DNA of 64,000 nucleotides. It comes from the human T2T-CHM13v2.0 reference genome, Homo sapiens. Positions 48,452 through 60,711 of this stretch are shown piece after piece (positions within the stretch are counted from its first letter, which is position 1; the number at the start of each line of letters is the position of its first letter). A model generated the notes under the pieces. That model saw nothing but the letters and a program-made list of their open reading frames with translations. It ran no database searches and was not told the DNA's origin. The stretch is taken from the NCBI RefSeq assembly GCF_009914755.1, contig NC_060925.1; one strand, given 5' to 3'. Made by a program: the position numbers and the translations under genes.

Positions 48452-51400
48452 TTTTTAAAATTTTTATTATTTTATTTTATTTTTCCAGAAGTTATTGGGG
48501 TACAGGTGGTATTTCTACTTACTTACATGAGTAAATTCTTTAGTGGTGATTTGTGAGATTTTGGTGCACCCCTCACCCAAGCAGTATACACTGCACCATA
48601 TTTGTAGCCTTTTACCCCTCTCCCCCTCCCACTTTTTCCCCCAAGTCCCCAAAGTCCATTGTATCATTCTTATGCCTTTGTATCGTCATAGCTTAGTTCC
48701 CACAGATCAGTGAGAACACGCGATGTTTGGTTTTCCATTTCTGAGTTACTTCACTTAGAATAATAGTTTCCAATCTCACCCAGGTCACTGCAATGGTGTT
48801 AATTTATTCCTTTTTATGGCTGAGTAGTATCCCATCATATATATGTGATATATCTATGATATATGATATATATCAGTTTATATATATATCACAGTTTCTT
48901 TACCCATTCATTGATTGATGGGCATTTCGGTTGGTTCCACAATTTTGCAATTGTGAACTGTGCTGCTATAAACATGCATGTGCAAGTATCATTTTCGAAT
49001 AATGACTTCTTTTCCTCTTGATAGATACCCATTAGTGGGATTGCTGGATCAAATGGTAGTTCTACTTTTAGTTCTTTAAGGACTCTCCAGACTGTTTTCC
49101 ATAGTGGTTGTACTGGTTTACATTCCCACCGGAAGTGTAGAAGTGTTCCCTGATCACCACATCCACACCAATATCTACTGTTTTTTTATTTTTTTATATG
49201 GCCATTCTTGCAGGAGTGAGGTGGTATTGCATTGTGGTTTTGATTTGCATTTCCCTCATCATTAGTGATGTTGAGTATTTTTTCATATGTTTGTGGGCCA
49301 TTTGTATATCTTCTTTGGGAACTGTCTATTCATGTCCTTAGCCCAATTTTAGATGGGATTTTTTTTTCTTCTTGATTTGTTTGAGTTTGTTGTAGATTTT
49401 GGATATTAGTCCTTTCTCAGGTGTAGAGATTGTGAAGATTTTCTCCCACTCTGTGGGTTGTCTGTTTACTCTGCTGACTGTTCCTTTTGCTGTGCAAAAG
49501 CTCTTTAGTTTAATTAGGTCCCAGCTATTTATCATTGTTTTTATTGCATTTGCTTTTGGGTTCTTGGTCGTGAAATCCTTGCCAAAGCCAATGTCTAAAA
49601 GGGGTTTTTCCAATGTTATCTTATAGAATTTTTATAGTTTCAGGTCTTAGGTTTAAGTCCTTAATCCATCTTGAGTTGATTTTTGTATAAGATGAGAGAT
49701 GAGGATCCAGTTTCATTCTCCTACATGGGCTAGCCAATTATCCCATTACCATTTGTTGAAAATGGTGTCCTTTCCCCACTTTATGTTTTTGTTTGCTTTG
49801 TTGAAGATCAGTTGGCTTTAAGTATTTGGGTTTATTTCTGGGCTGTCTATTCCATTCCATTGGTCTATGTGCCTATTTTAATACCAGTACCACACTGTTT
49901 TGGTGGCTATGGCCTTATAGTATAGTTTGAAATCAGGTAGTGTGATGCCTCCAGATTTGTTCTTTTAGCTTAGTCTTGCTTCAGCCATGCAGGCTCTTTT
50001 TTGGTTCCATATGAATTTTAGAATTGTTTTTTCTAACTCTGTGAAGAATGATAGTGCTATTTTGATGGGGATTGGATTGAATTAGTAGATTGCTTTTGGC
50101 AGTATGGTCATTTTCACAATATTGATTCTACTCATCCATGAGCATGGGATGTGTTTCCATTAGTTTGTGTCATTTATAATTTCTTTCAGCAGTGTTTTGT
50201 AGTTTTCCTTGTAGAGGTCTTTTGACTCCTTTGTTAGGTATATTACTAAGTCTTTTTTTTTTTTTGCAGCTATTGTAAAAGGGGTTGAGTTCTTGATTTG
50301 ATTCTCTGCTTGATTGGTTTTGGTGTATAGAAGAGCTACTGATTTGTGTACATTAATCTTTTATCTGGAAACTTTGCTGAATTCTTTTATCAGTTCTAGG
50401 AGTTTTCTGGGGGAGTCCTTAGGGTTTTCAAGGTAAACAATCACATGGTCAGCAAACAGGGACAGTTTAACTTCCTCTTTACCAATTTGGGTGCCCTTTA
50501 TTTATTTCTCTTTTCTGATTGCTCTGGCTAGGACTTCCAGTACTACTTTGAAGAGTAGTGGTGAGAGTGAGCATCCTTGTCTTGTTCCCATTCTCAGAGG
50601 GAATGCTTTCAACTTTTTCCCATTCAGTATTATGTTGGCTGTGGGTTTGTCATAGATGGCTTTTATTACATTAAGCTATGTCCTTTGTATGCCAATTTTG
50701 CTGAGGGTTTAATCATAAAGTGATGCTGGATTTTGTTGAATGCTTTTTCTACAACTATTGAGATGATCATGTGATTTTTAAAAAAATTCTGTTTATGTGG
50801 TGTATCACTTGTATTGACTTGTGTATGTTAAATCATCCCTGCATCCCTGGTATGAAACCCACTTGATCATGGCGGATTATCTTTTTGATATGTTGTTGGA
50901 TTCAGTTAGCTAGTATTGTTAAGGATTTTAGCATCTGTGTTCATCAAGAATATTGGTCTGTAGTTTTCTTTTTTGGTTGTGTCCTTTCCTGGTTTTGGTA
51001 TTAGGGTGATGCTGGCTTCATAAAATGAATTCCAGAGGATTCCTTATCTGTCTATCTTGTGGAATAGTGTCAAAATGATTGGTACCAATGCCTCCTTGAA
51101 TGGTAGAATTCTGCTGTGAATCTATCTAGTCCTGGACTTTTTTTGTTGGTACTTTTAAAATTACCGTTTCAATCTCGCTGCTTATTATTGTTCTGTTCAG
51201 GGTGTCTAATTCTTCCTGACTTAAGCTAGGAGGGTTGTATTTTTATAGGAATTTATTCATCTCTTCCAGGTTTTCTAGCTTATGTGTGCAAAGGTGTTCA
51301 TAGTAGCCTTGAATGATCTTTTGTATTTCAGTGGTGTCAGTTGTAACATCTCCTGTTTCTTTTCTTAGTGAGGTTATTTGGATTTTCTCTCTTCTTTTCT

Positions 51401-54400
51401 TGGTTAATTTTGCTATGGGTCTATCCATTTTATTTATCTTTTCAAAGAACCAGCTTTTTGTTTCATTTATGTTTTGTATTTTTTTTGTTTCAATTTCATT
51501 TAGTTCTGCTTTGATTTTGGTTATTTCCTTTCTTCTGCTGGGTTTGGGTTTGGTTTGTTCTTGTTTCTCTAGTTCGTTGAGGTGTGACTATAGATTGTCT
51601 GTTTTTGCTCTTTCAGTCTTTCTGATGTAGGCGTGTAGGGCTATGAACTTTCCTCTTAGCACTGCTTTTGCTGCATCCCAGAGGTTTTGATAGGTTGTGT
51701 CACTATTGTCATTTACTTCAAATAATTTTTAAATTTCCATCTTGATTTTGTTTTTGACCCAATGCTCATTCAGGAGCAGGTTACTTAATTTCCACGTATT
51801 TGCATGGTTTTCAAAGTTCCTTTTGGAGCTGATTTCCAGCTTTATTCTACTGTGGTCTGAGAGAGTTCTTGATACAATTTCAATTTTCTTAAATTTATTG
51901 AGGCTCATTTTATGGCCTATCATATGGTCTACCTTGGAGAAAGTTCCATGTGCTGTTGAATACAATATGTATTCTGCATTTGTTGGATGAAATGTTCTGT
52001 ATATAACTGTTAAGTCCATTCATTCCAAGGTATAGTTTAAATCCATTGTTCCTTGGTTGACTTTCTGCCTTGATCACCTTTCTAGCACTGTCAGTGGAGT
52101 ATTGAAGTCTCCCACTATTATTGTGTTGCTGTCTATCTCATTTCTTAAGTCTATTAGTAATTGTTTTATAAATTTGGGAGCTCCAGTGTTAGGTGCATAT
52201 ATGTTTAGGATTGTGATATTTTCCTGTTGGACAAGGCCTTTTACCATTATATAATATCCCTCTTTGTCTCTTTTAACTGCTGTTGTTTTAACATTTGTTT
52301 TCTCTGATATAAGAATAGCTACCCCTGCTTACTTTTGGTGTCCATTTGCATGAAATGCCTTTTTCCACCCCTTTACTTTAAGTTTATGTGAGTCCTTATG
52401 TGTTAGGTGAGTCTCCTGAAGGCAGAAGATAGTTGGTTGATGAGTTCTTATCCATTCTGCAGTTCTGTATCTCTTAAGTGGAGCATTTGGGCCATTTACA
52501 TTCAATGTTAGTATTGAAATGTGAGGTACCATTGCATACATCATGCTCTTTGTTGCCTACATACTTAGTTTTTTGTTTTTGCTCTTTAACTTGTATTTTT
52601 GTTTTATAGGTCTTGTGTGATTTATGCTTTAAAGAGGTTCTGTTTTGATGTGTTTCCAGGATTTGTTTCAAGATTTAGAACTCCTTTTAGCAGTTCTTGT
52701 AGTGGTGGCTTGGTAATGGTGAATTCTCTTAGCATTTGTTTGTCTGAAAGCGACTGTATCTTTCCTTCACATATGATGCTTAGTTTCACTGGATACAAAA
52801 TTCTTGGCTGCTAATTGTTTTGTTTGAGGAGGCTGAAGATAGGGCTCCAACCCCTTCCAGCTTGTAGGGTTTCTGCTGAGAAATCTATTGTTAATCTGAT
52901 AGGTTTTCCTTTATAGGTTACCTGGTGCTTCTGTCTCACAGCTCTTAAGATTATTTTCTTTGTCTTAACTTTGTATAACTTGACGATAATGTGCCTAGGC
53001 CAAGATCTTTTTGTGCTGAATTTCCCAGGTGTTCTTTGTGCTTCTTGTATTTGCATGTCTGGGTCTCTAGCAAGGCTGGGAAAGTTTTCCTTGATTATTC
53101 CCCCAAATATGTTTTCCAAGCTTTTAGAATTTTTTCTTCCTCAGGAACACCGATTGTTCTTATGTCGTTTAACATAATCCCAGACTTCTTGGAGGCTTTG
53201 TTAATATTTTCTAATTCTTTTTTTTTGCCTTTGTTGGATTGGGTTAATTTGAAGACCTTGTCTTCGAGCTCTGAATTTCAATCTTCTACTTGTTCAATTC
53301 TATTGCTGAGACTTTCCAGAGCATTTTGCATTTCTAAAAGTGTATCCAAAGTTTCCTGAATTTTTAATTTTTTTTCTTTAAGCTATCTATTTCTTTGACT
53401 ATTTCTCCCTTCATTTCTTATATCATTTTTTGGATTTCCTTGCATTGGATTTCACCTTTCTCTGGTCCCTCCCTGATTAGCTTAATAACTAACCACTTGA
53501 ATTATTTTTCAGGTAAATCAGGGACTTCATATTGGTTTGGATCCATTGCTGGTGAACTAGTGTAATTTTTGGGGGGTGATGAAGAGCCTGGTTTTGTCAT
53601 ATTGTCAGGGTTGGTTTTCTGGTTCCCTCTCATTGGGTAGGCTCTGTCAGAGGGAAGGTCTAGGGCTGAAGGATGTTGTTCAGATTCTTTTGTCCCACAG
53701 CATAGCAGGACAATCCACAGACAAAACCCCTCAGACATGGAGTTAAAGAAGGAAGGGCTTTATTTAGCCGGGAGCTTCGGCAAGACTCAGGACTCCAAAA
53801 ACCGAGCTTCCCAAGTGAGCAATTCTTGTCCCTTTTAAGGACTTATAACTCTAAGGGGGTCTGCGTGAGAGGGTCGTGATCGATTGAGCAAGCAGTGGGT
53901 ACATGACTGGGGGCTGCATGCACTGGTAATTAGAATGGAACAGAACAGGACAGGGATTTTCACAATGCTTTTCCATACAATGTCTGTAATCTATAGATAA
54001 CATAACCAATTAGGTCAGGCGTCAATCTTTAACTACCAGGTCCAGGGCATGGCGCTGGGCTGTCTGCCTGTGGATTTCATTTCTGCCTTTTAGTTTTTAC
54101 TTCTTTCTTTGGAGGCAGAAATTGGGCATAACACAATATGAGGGGTGGTCTCCTCCCTTAACAGGGTGTTCCCTTGATTTAGTACTCTCCCCCTTTTCCT
54201 GTGGATGTGGCTTCCTGTGAGCTGAACTGAAGTGATTGTTGTCTCTCTTCTGGGTCTAGCCACCTAGCAAGTCTACCCAGTTCCAGGCTGGTACCAGAGG
54301 TTGTCTGCACGGAGTCCTGTGATATGAACCGTCTGTGGGTCTCTCAGCCTTGGATACCAGCACCTGTTCTGGTGGAGGTGGCAGAGGGTGCATTGGACTC

Positions 54401-55093
54401 TGTGCAAAAAATAATGCTCCATTTTTGTGCTGGTCGGCCTCCTGACAGGAGGTGTCACTTTCCAGAAAGCATTAGCTGTAGCAGTGTGGAGAGGGACTGG
54501 CAATGGGTGGGGCCCTAGAACTCCCAAGATTATATGCCCTTTGTCTTCCACTACCTGGGTGAGTAGGGAAGGACCATCAGGTGGGGGCGAGGCTAGGTGT
54601 GTCTGAGTTCAGACTCTCCTTGGGCTGGTTTTGCTGCAGCTGCTGTGGCAGATAGGGTAAGATTCCCAGGTCACTGGAGTTGTGTACCTAGGAGGATTAT
54701 GGCTGTCTCTGCTGAGTCATGCAGGTTGTCAGGGAAGGGCAGTCAGGGAAGTGGCAGTCACAGGCCTCACCCAGCTCCCACACAAACCAAAGGGCTGATC
54801 TTACCTCCCACGGTGCCCCACCAAAACAGCCCTGAGTCTGTTTCCAGGCAGAGGGCTAGACGGGCTTGAAAACTTGCCGACGCTTTCCGCCTCCCAGAGT
54901 ATATTTGAGGTGTCTCCCGGGTCCTGCAGTAGCAGTGTGCTTCCTTCAGAGGGTCTGTGGGTCCTCTCAGGATTGCTGGTTTGTTCTTGCTGTTGATCCG
55001 GAGCTAAAATTCACAGTGCAAGCCCCCGCATGCTGCTCTGTTCCCAGCTGCAATCTAGTCCTCCCTCCCGTCTGCCATGATCCTGAAATCCCC
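48452..55093 (-). mobile_element. Full-length, inactive L1PB (L1PB1/L1PBa-type)
   Basis: 5' end (minus strand) GATCATGGCAGACGGGAGGGAGGACTAGATTGCAGC; ORF1 ATG at 53633 (MRGNQKTN...); ORF2 EN N-terminus (ISILTLNVNG, CLQETH) near 52544; L1PB 3'UTR at 48452-48730. Both ORFs are broken by stops and frameshifts. Confidence 0.95.
53701..54160 (-). mobile_element. Solo LTR2-family (HERV-E) LTR
   Basis: Minus strand starts TAAGGGAGGAGACCACCCCTCATATTGTGTTATGCCCAATTTCTGCCTCCAAAG; 460 bp long; 4-bp TSD ACAG (53697-53700 / 54161-54164). Confidence 0.9.
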
Positions 55094-55239
55094 CTCTCTG
55101 TGGTTCTTGCTGCCCTTTGCATTACTTCTTTCCTTCTTGATTGCACAGGCTGAAAGTCTAGGAACTTGGACTTCTGCCTGTCTCTGGAAAGGGGCCCCAG
55201 GCTGTCCAGAGTAACAAATTATCTGCTTATCACAGTTGA

Positions 55240-55495
55240 CACTGCTACCATTCTACTTTATTATTTCCGGTTATTATTTTCCCTGATTTTTGGGAAGCTG
55301 ACTGCAGCTTTTTATCTAGATGCTCACACTCCATCACCGCTCTACCACCTCCTCTGTCTACTTGCCTCCCACCTTTCTGCGTGGGCTGCCCTGCCTTCTC
55401 CACACAGCGAGTCTTTATCCACTTCATCTGGTTTATCTGCTGAGAGTCCTCAAGGTTCAGTTGTTTCTCCATTGTTATTTGCAATTTATCTGATT
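55240..55495 (+). mobile_element. Ancient LINE (L2/CR1-group) reverse-transcriptase relic
   Basis: ORF 55166-55618 contains LIFGKLTAAFYLDAH, ASHLS and SPQGSVVSPLLFAIY, collinear with RT motifs LDLSAAFDTVDH, SYLS and GVPQGSVLxPLLFxxY. Confidence 0.65.
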
Positions 55496-55766
55496 CTAAA
55501 CCTGACATTATATCTCACTGTGATATACAGTTATCTGGCTATTGTTTGTCCAATGCAAGTATATTATTTTGCATCCACTTTTTTTCTTGCTTTTCGAAGT
55601 TGGGAACCATGTCTGTAACATCACAAAATCTGATGTCTGCAAATCATCCCCGTAACTGCAGAGATAAGACAGGACTCATTACCATTCATGTTATCCTCAC
55701 CTGGGGAGAACTCAGGTCAAATTTCTTTACCCTTGGATAACACTTTTCTTTAATTTTAAACTTGTC

Positions 55767-55803
55767 CTTTCTCTCTCTCTCTCTCTCTTTTTTTTTTTTT
55801 TTT
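55767..55803. repeat. (CT)n(T)n polypyrimidine tract
   Basis: Direct read. Confidence 0.9.
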
Positions 55804-56384
55804 GTATCTTTTTTGAATTCAAGACATTCATTCACCTCCCACAGCTTGCTTCTCTGATTGGAAGACCATTTCTACTGGTGGCAGGCATAGTGTAAATATT
55901 TCATTTTTGAGGTTTGTTCAGCAAGGACTATTCGGACTGAAGATGAAATGCCAGCTAAAGTCCCTGTGTGTGAAGAACATCATGTTCAGCCTTTTTCTCC
56001 CAAGGCAAATTATTTGCTTAACTAAGGGTTTCTTCCTTGATTACAGTCCTTATTATTGAGATCTTGTCTGAATTTCCCAGGTGTGTTTTGAATTTCACAA
56101 TCTCACTCTATACTCCACAGAGCTAGTCTCAGAAAATAGATTTGCATGTGCCCCCAGCTCTGACGGAGACAGAGCCCTTCCCTAGACAAAAAGCCCTGGG
56201 AATAAAGGGCTAAACAGTAACACAGTATCTGGGCATGCTAATTATTATTATTATTATTATTGACTGAGGACATTGGCTGGCTGTTAATAGACACATCTAT
56301 TAGGTGTCATATTGTTTGTCTTGGGACATTGCTTCTCTTGATTTGTAAGATTTTAGAGGAGAATGAAAAAACTAGGTGAAAATT

Positions 56385-56830
56385 CAACAAGTAATATTTG
56401 GTTTTGGCATTTAAAGAAAACACATAAGCACCTCTGATGTGCCAATCAATGTGCCAGGCACAGGAACACAAGGGTGAGTAAGAAAGTAGTCAGTCTTTAA
56501 GCATCTTCATATATAGTGGGAGAGAGAGACATGCAGACAAGCAATTATAACATGTTGATACATTCTCCGACAGAGACCTCTGCAAAATGCCATGGGAGTC
56601 CAGAAGATGAAGTTATAAATTTCCCAGGGGTACCAGGGACAGTGTGTCAAAAAGTGAGCCTTGCAAATGACTGGGAGTGTCTCAGATACGGAAGGTGAGG
56701 ACTGCATTCAGGCATAAGCAGCTCTGAGTGTGGAGGAATGGCCAGCTGGGTTGTGGAACAGGACAGAAGGCGAGAGTGAGGGCAGAGGAGAGAGGGCAAA
56801 GGCCTGGCTAGAAAGGGAAATTAGAGGCTG
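56385..56830 (-). mobile_element. L2 fragment
   Basis: ATGTGCCAGGCACAGG...GAGAGAGACATGCAGACAAGCAATTATAA...AAATGCCATGGGAGTCCAGAAG. Confidence 0.7.
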
Positions 56831-57799
56831 GCAGTAACAGAGCTCCCCCTATGTGAATATCAGATATCAGGTTCAGAGTGCCTCCCAAAAAAACAAGGGA
56901 AGGGGGAGAGGGTGGACCTTCCAAAGGGACATCAGCAGAAGATTCTGACTTTCTCTTCTTTTGAAATTACCACCCATTCCAAGCTCAGATGTCTGTCCTC
57001 ATGCTGCCTTTCCTACTCAGTGGCTACAGGTCTGGGGACTAACCAATGGGCTTGTTCTTGACCTTGCTTCATGGCATCTGTTTCTGTTTAGACATCCCCA
57101 CCTTCTTTTGTTCATTTCATTTTTTTTACGCTCTACTGATTTAACCATGGCCTCTTTTATATCCTATTTCAGTTAAGGCCCTGCTTTCATCTTCTCCACT
57201 GGCATTTCAGGCCTTTGCCCAGCTAAGCAGTGACCATATATGCCAGCGCTAGGTACCATCCTGGAAAGAGAGAATCAGATAGGATGGGCAAAGGCCTGTC
57301 TTAATGAGGGCTATTGAGATCTACTTGTAAGAGAAAAACAGATGTGGTTTCTATAACCTCATCAAGAGACATGTTATTCAGGATGGGATCAGGTGGGGGA
57401 AGGTGAGAAGATAATAGTAACTACGTCTGAAAGGAGAGGTATGTGACATTACCATGACAAACGTTAGAGGAGAGGTGGAGATGCTAAGGTATGGGAGCTT
57501 TTAACAATTGCTACATATGAATAATATTGGGAGATTATGTGAAATTATTGGGAGTAGTGTGAAAGAGAAGCGTAAAATTGGAAAATAATAGGTTTGGTGA
57601 ATTACGGCACTTAGTATTTTCTCTGTCATTACCTTCCCTCCTTCCACCCCCTCAGTCATATCAAAAGTATCAAAAGCAGGTATGCAGAATGCAAGAAGGT
57701 GAGAAGAATGACAATCTTACTTTCTCGATCCCTGGATCCCAAAGCATGTTAAAAATGTTAAACCAGCAGTTTGCTCACAGAGACAGAAGCCAACTGTGG

Positions 57800-57985
57800 G
57801 GTGAAATTGCATCAGTAGGGACATGAGGGTAGACTTGAGAAAAATAGGGTTGCAAGGCACTAAAATAACAGAGGGAGGGCATTAGAGTTCCCTCTGTGGA
57901 AATCTGTTAGAAGAGGAGAGAAAACCATCTGTCTGGAACAGTGTAAATATAGTCATGCTTATGCCCAGGGGATGGACTTATTTTT
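57800..57985 (+). mobile_element. L3/CR1 3' end fragment
   Basis: GAGTTCCCTCTGTGGAAATCTGTTAGAAGAGG...ACCATCTGTCTGG...GGGGATGGACTTA. Confidence 0.5.
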
Positions 57986-58384
57986 TCCTTTTAAACAATT
58001 TTAACTGAAAGTTTTATGTGAAAACACTATCAAAGTACAAGAGAGTACTTAGTATTCTGTTTTAGTTTGTTATTATTTTATTATTAAACATTGTACAGTT
58101 AGCATTTTCCACATTTCTGCTTGGTCTTTACAGTTATTTTAATGGCTGCATAATATCCCAGTATATTGTAGAATTGTTAATGTAATAATATATCTGGTAT
58201 TAGCTCTGTATATCCATTGCTGGCCCAATATTTGAGTATTTTTATAGACTTCTTTAATTCCTCTGCACTGTTCAAATTAGTCTGCCTTTCCTTTCCCAAA
58301 TATTCCTAAACTTCTACCTGCAACCACCCCCACAACCACCAGCAGAATGCCCGTTCCACTTCATCTCTACTGGCCTATAGGGAG

Positions 58385-58605
58385 GAAACACGGGTGGTGG
58401 TAAAGGCTTCGCTGTCAGGTCAGAATCAGGTTTCCCATTTTTATTATTTACTAGTTTGGGGATCCTGTGACACTGGGCACATTATTTCATCTTGTGAGCT
58501 CAATTTCTTCATCTGGAGAATATCTGTAATTATATGTATCTTGAAGGGTTGTGTAAGGATTAACAACAACATTTATAAAGTGCTTGCTACACAGTAGATG
58601 CCTAG
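58385..58605 (+). mobile_element. MIR
   Basis: TGTGACACTGGGCACATTATTTCATC...GAGCTCAATTTCTTCATCTG...AGGGTTGTGTAAGGATTAA...TAAAGTGCTT. Confidence 0.75.
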
Positions 58606-58799
58606 ACGGTCTGATTACTGGGGACCCCACGACAAAGAAAGTTGTCTTCTTACATCCAATTAAAAGCACGTAGAGGGCAGGAATCTTATTTTCTTTGCCC
58701 CCGAATCCCCCAATGGTGCAGAGGGATTTATACGATTCATGCTTGTTAGTTGATTATGTAGATCTTTGCTGAATATCTGACTTCAAGGACAATGTTGTC

Positions 58800-59950
58800 A
58801 ACTTGTATATGATTAGTGTGGGGTCGGGGGGTGTTAGGGGCAGAGGGAGTGGAGGAGGTAGGGCTGTTGAGCATGTGCTTTCTGAGTTTCTGAACTCTTG
58901 CGCCTCCTGTCGGCAGCCAACAGGTTCTAAAATGGCGGCAGCTCATGGCCCAGTATGGGTCTGCAGCTCCACCTGTAAGGAAGGCAATCACAGAGCAGGC
59001 GCAACTGGCAGCTCTATGCAACAACTACCTGTTATCAGAGGCTGCCTGAGGACCCAGCATAAATATTCAGTGTGCCTTTCACACCACGACAATTTTAGAG
59101 ACCAGGTGCACCAAAGATGCACAGGCAGATGAGAAAGGGAGAGGGGAGGAGGGAACCAACCCACAAACAAACCCGATTTCTCTGCTCCTCACAAAACATT
59201 TGCTTTTTACAAGCACACAGATAAATCCCCAGCAGCACAGGGAGTGCCGAGAGGGAAGCTGGCATTTGAAAGGCTTGCAGTATCAGCTAATTGGTCTCAA
59301 ACCTAAATCATAAAAAGACCTGTAATTATGCTGTTCAGAATTAACACAGAAGACTGTCGGGTTGTTGGTGGTGGAGAGAGGGAGGGGCGACAATGGGAGG
59401 AAGAGTCCGTTTTTTAAGTGAATTTATACTATTATAAGACCTGTCGCGGGTGAGTAATAAAAATGGCGATGCTAAGTTAAGCCTTGTGTTATCCTGTTTG
59501 CTCAGATGCTGCTTATGCCAGCTGTAGCCAGCAGAAAGCACTTTTCAATTTATTTTTATGACTCTTCTCTAAAAGCATTCCATTAAAGGAATATTACTCT
59601 GTATGAAGTTTTGAGGCACCAGTGGCAGTTTATTTGCTTGTTGTGCTGGAAAGGAATAAACAGTTATCTGTGGTACCCATTATTTCGGTTTTGTCTTCCT
59701 CGCACTCCAGTTGAAGGTCAAATGTGGATTCTGCCATCTACCCTTCTATTGAGTGCCCCTCCTCCATTGGATTTGGCTGAATCTGGGTCACATTTCAGCC
59801 CAGTCTGGTGATCAGAACCGCTGAGTCTCGAGTTTGCGACTTGCTTGGGTAATTTCCGCCATCCCATTGGTGAGATGAAGCTCCTGCAGCCACGCTGCTT
59901 GTTTGCAGAGGCCGAGCGGAGCCAGGCAGGAAGACATCTCCTAAAGTGGA
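58800..59950. promoter_or_regulatory. Candidate enhancer or promoter region
   Basis: Repeat-free block with visibly more CpG than its flanks, a G4 motif, YY1 consensus AAAATGGCGGC, and homeodomain, FOX and NF-kB-like motifs. Confidence 0.45.
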
Positions 59951-60079
59951 GCCTGTTCTATGTCTCTAGCTTGTCAAACTCGATTATTTGGTTCCTTTGG
60001 CAACGTATTCTACAGAAGCTGTGATGTGCAAATAGGAGAATGGTCTCTTTCTCTCTCACATATAAAATGGGTCTAAGGG

Positions 60080-60345
60080 ACAACATGGCACAGTGGTTGA
60101 GAGTACAGTTTTTCGAGGCATATTGCTAAGGTTTGAAATTTAATCCTGTCGCCATAACATCTGCTATCTTAGGCAAGTTACCTAAGCTCTCTGCATCTTA
60201 AGTTTCCTAACCTACAAAATAGGGATATAAACAGTTCCCACTTCACAGGGTTTTTGTGATAATTAAATGAGGTCATACATGTAAAGTGCTTAAAACCATG
60301 GATGTCACATAGTGGGTGCTATCTGTGTAAGTATTAGTCATTCTG
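60080..60345 (+). mobile_element. MIR, near full length
   Basis: CATGGCACAGTGGTTGAGAG...CTTAGGCAAGTTACCTAAGCTCTCTG...CACAGGGTTTTTGTGATAATTAAATGAG...GTAAAGTGCTTA. Confidence 0.85.
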
Positions 60346-60711
60346 TTGTTAATATTACTGCTGAGATCTCAAGGAATGTAAGAGGATACTGGTGTGTGTT
60401 TTTTTGGTTTTTTGGTTTTTTGGTTTTTATGGCTCTGATTTTACCACTAGCTTGCCATATCACCTTAAAATCATCACTTATCTTTTCTGAGAAAATAATT
60501 CAGCCCCTGTTCTCATTCATGGAGGGATATGAAGACCAGCAAAATGCAAAAGTCATGATACATGTTTGGCCTTATGATTATTTATGATGTCTTTATAACC
60601 CAGATGAATACAGTGCTAACTCATGGTGTCAGCATGCTAATGTCTAAGCATATTTTCAAGATCTATTATTGGGACATGAATTTACTCATGTTGTGGGTTG
60701 TTATTTAAGTG

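Noticed and set aside
48452-55093. Active or protein-coding L1
   Set aside because: ORF1 and ORF2 are fragmented by many stops and frameshifts, and the 5'UTR is interrupted by an LTR.
58803-59132. Coding exon starting at ATGGCGGCAGCT (MAAAHG...)
   Set aside because: There is no recognisable homology or fitting splice donor, and the ATG context is equally explained as a YY1 motif.
58800-59950. Bona fide CpG island
   Set aside because: CpGs are enriched only relative to the flanks; GC content and CpG density look too low for a classical island.
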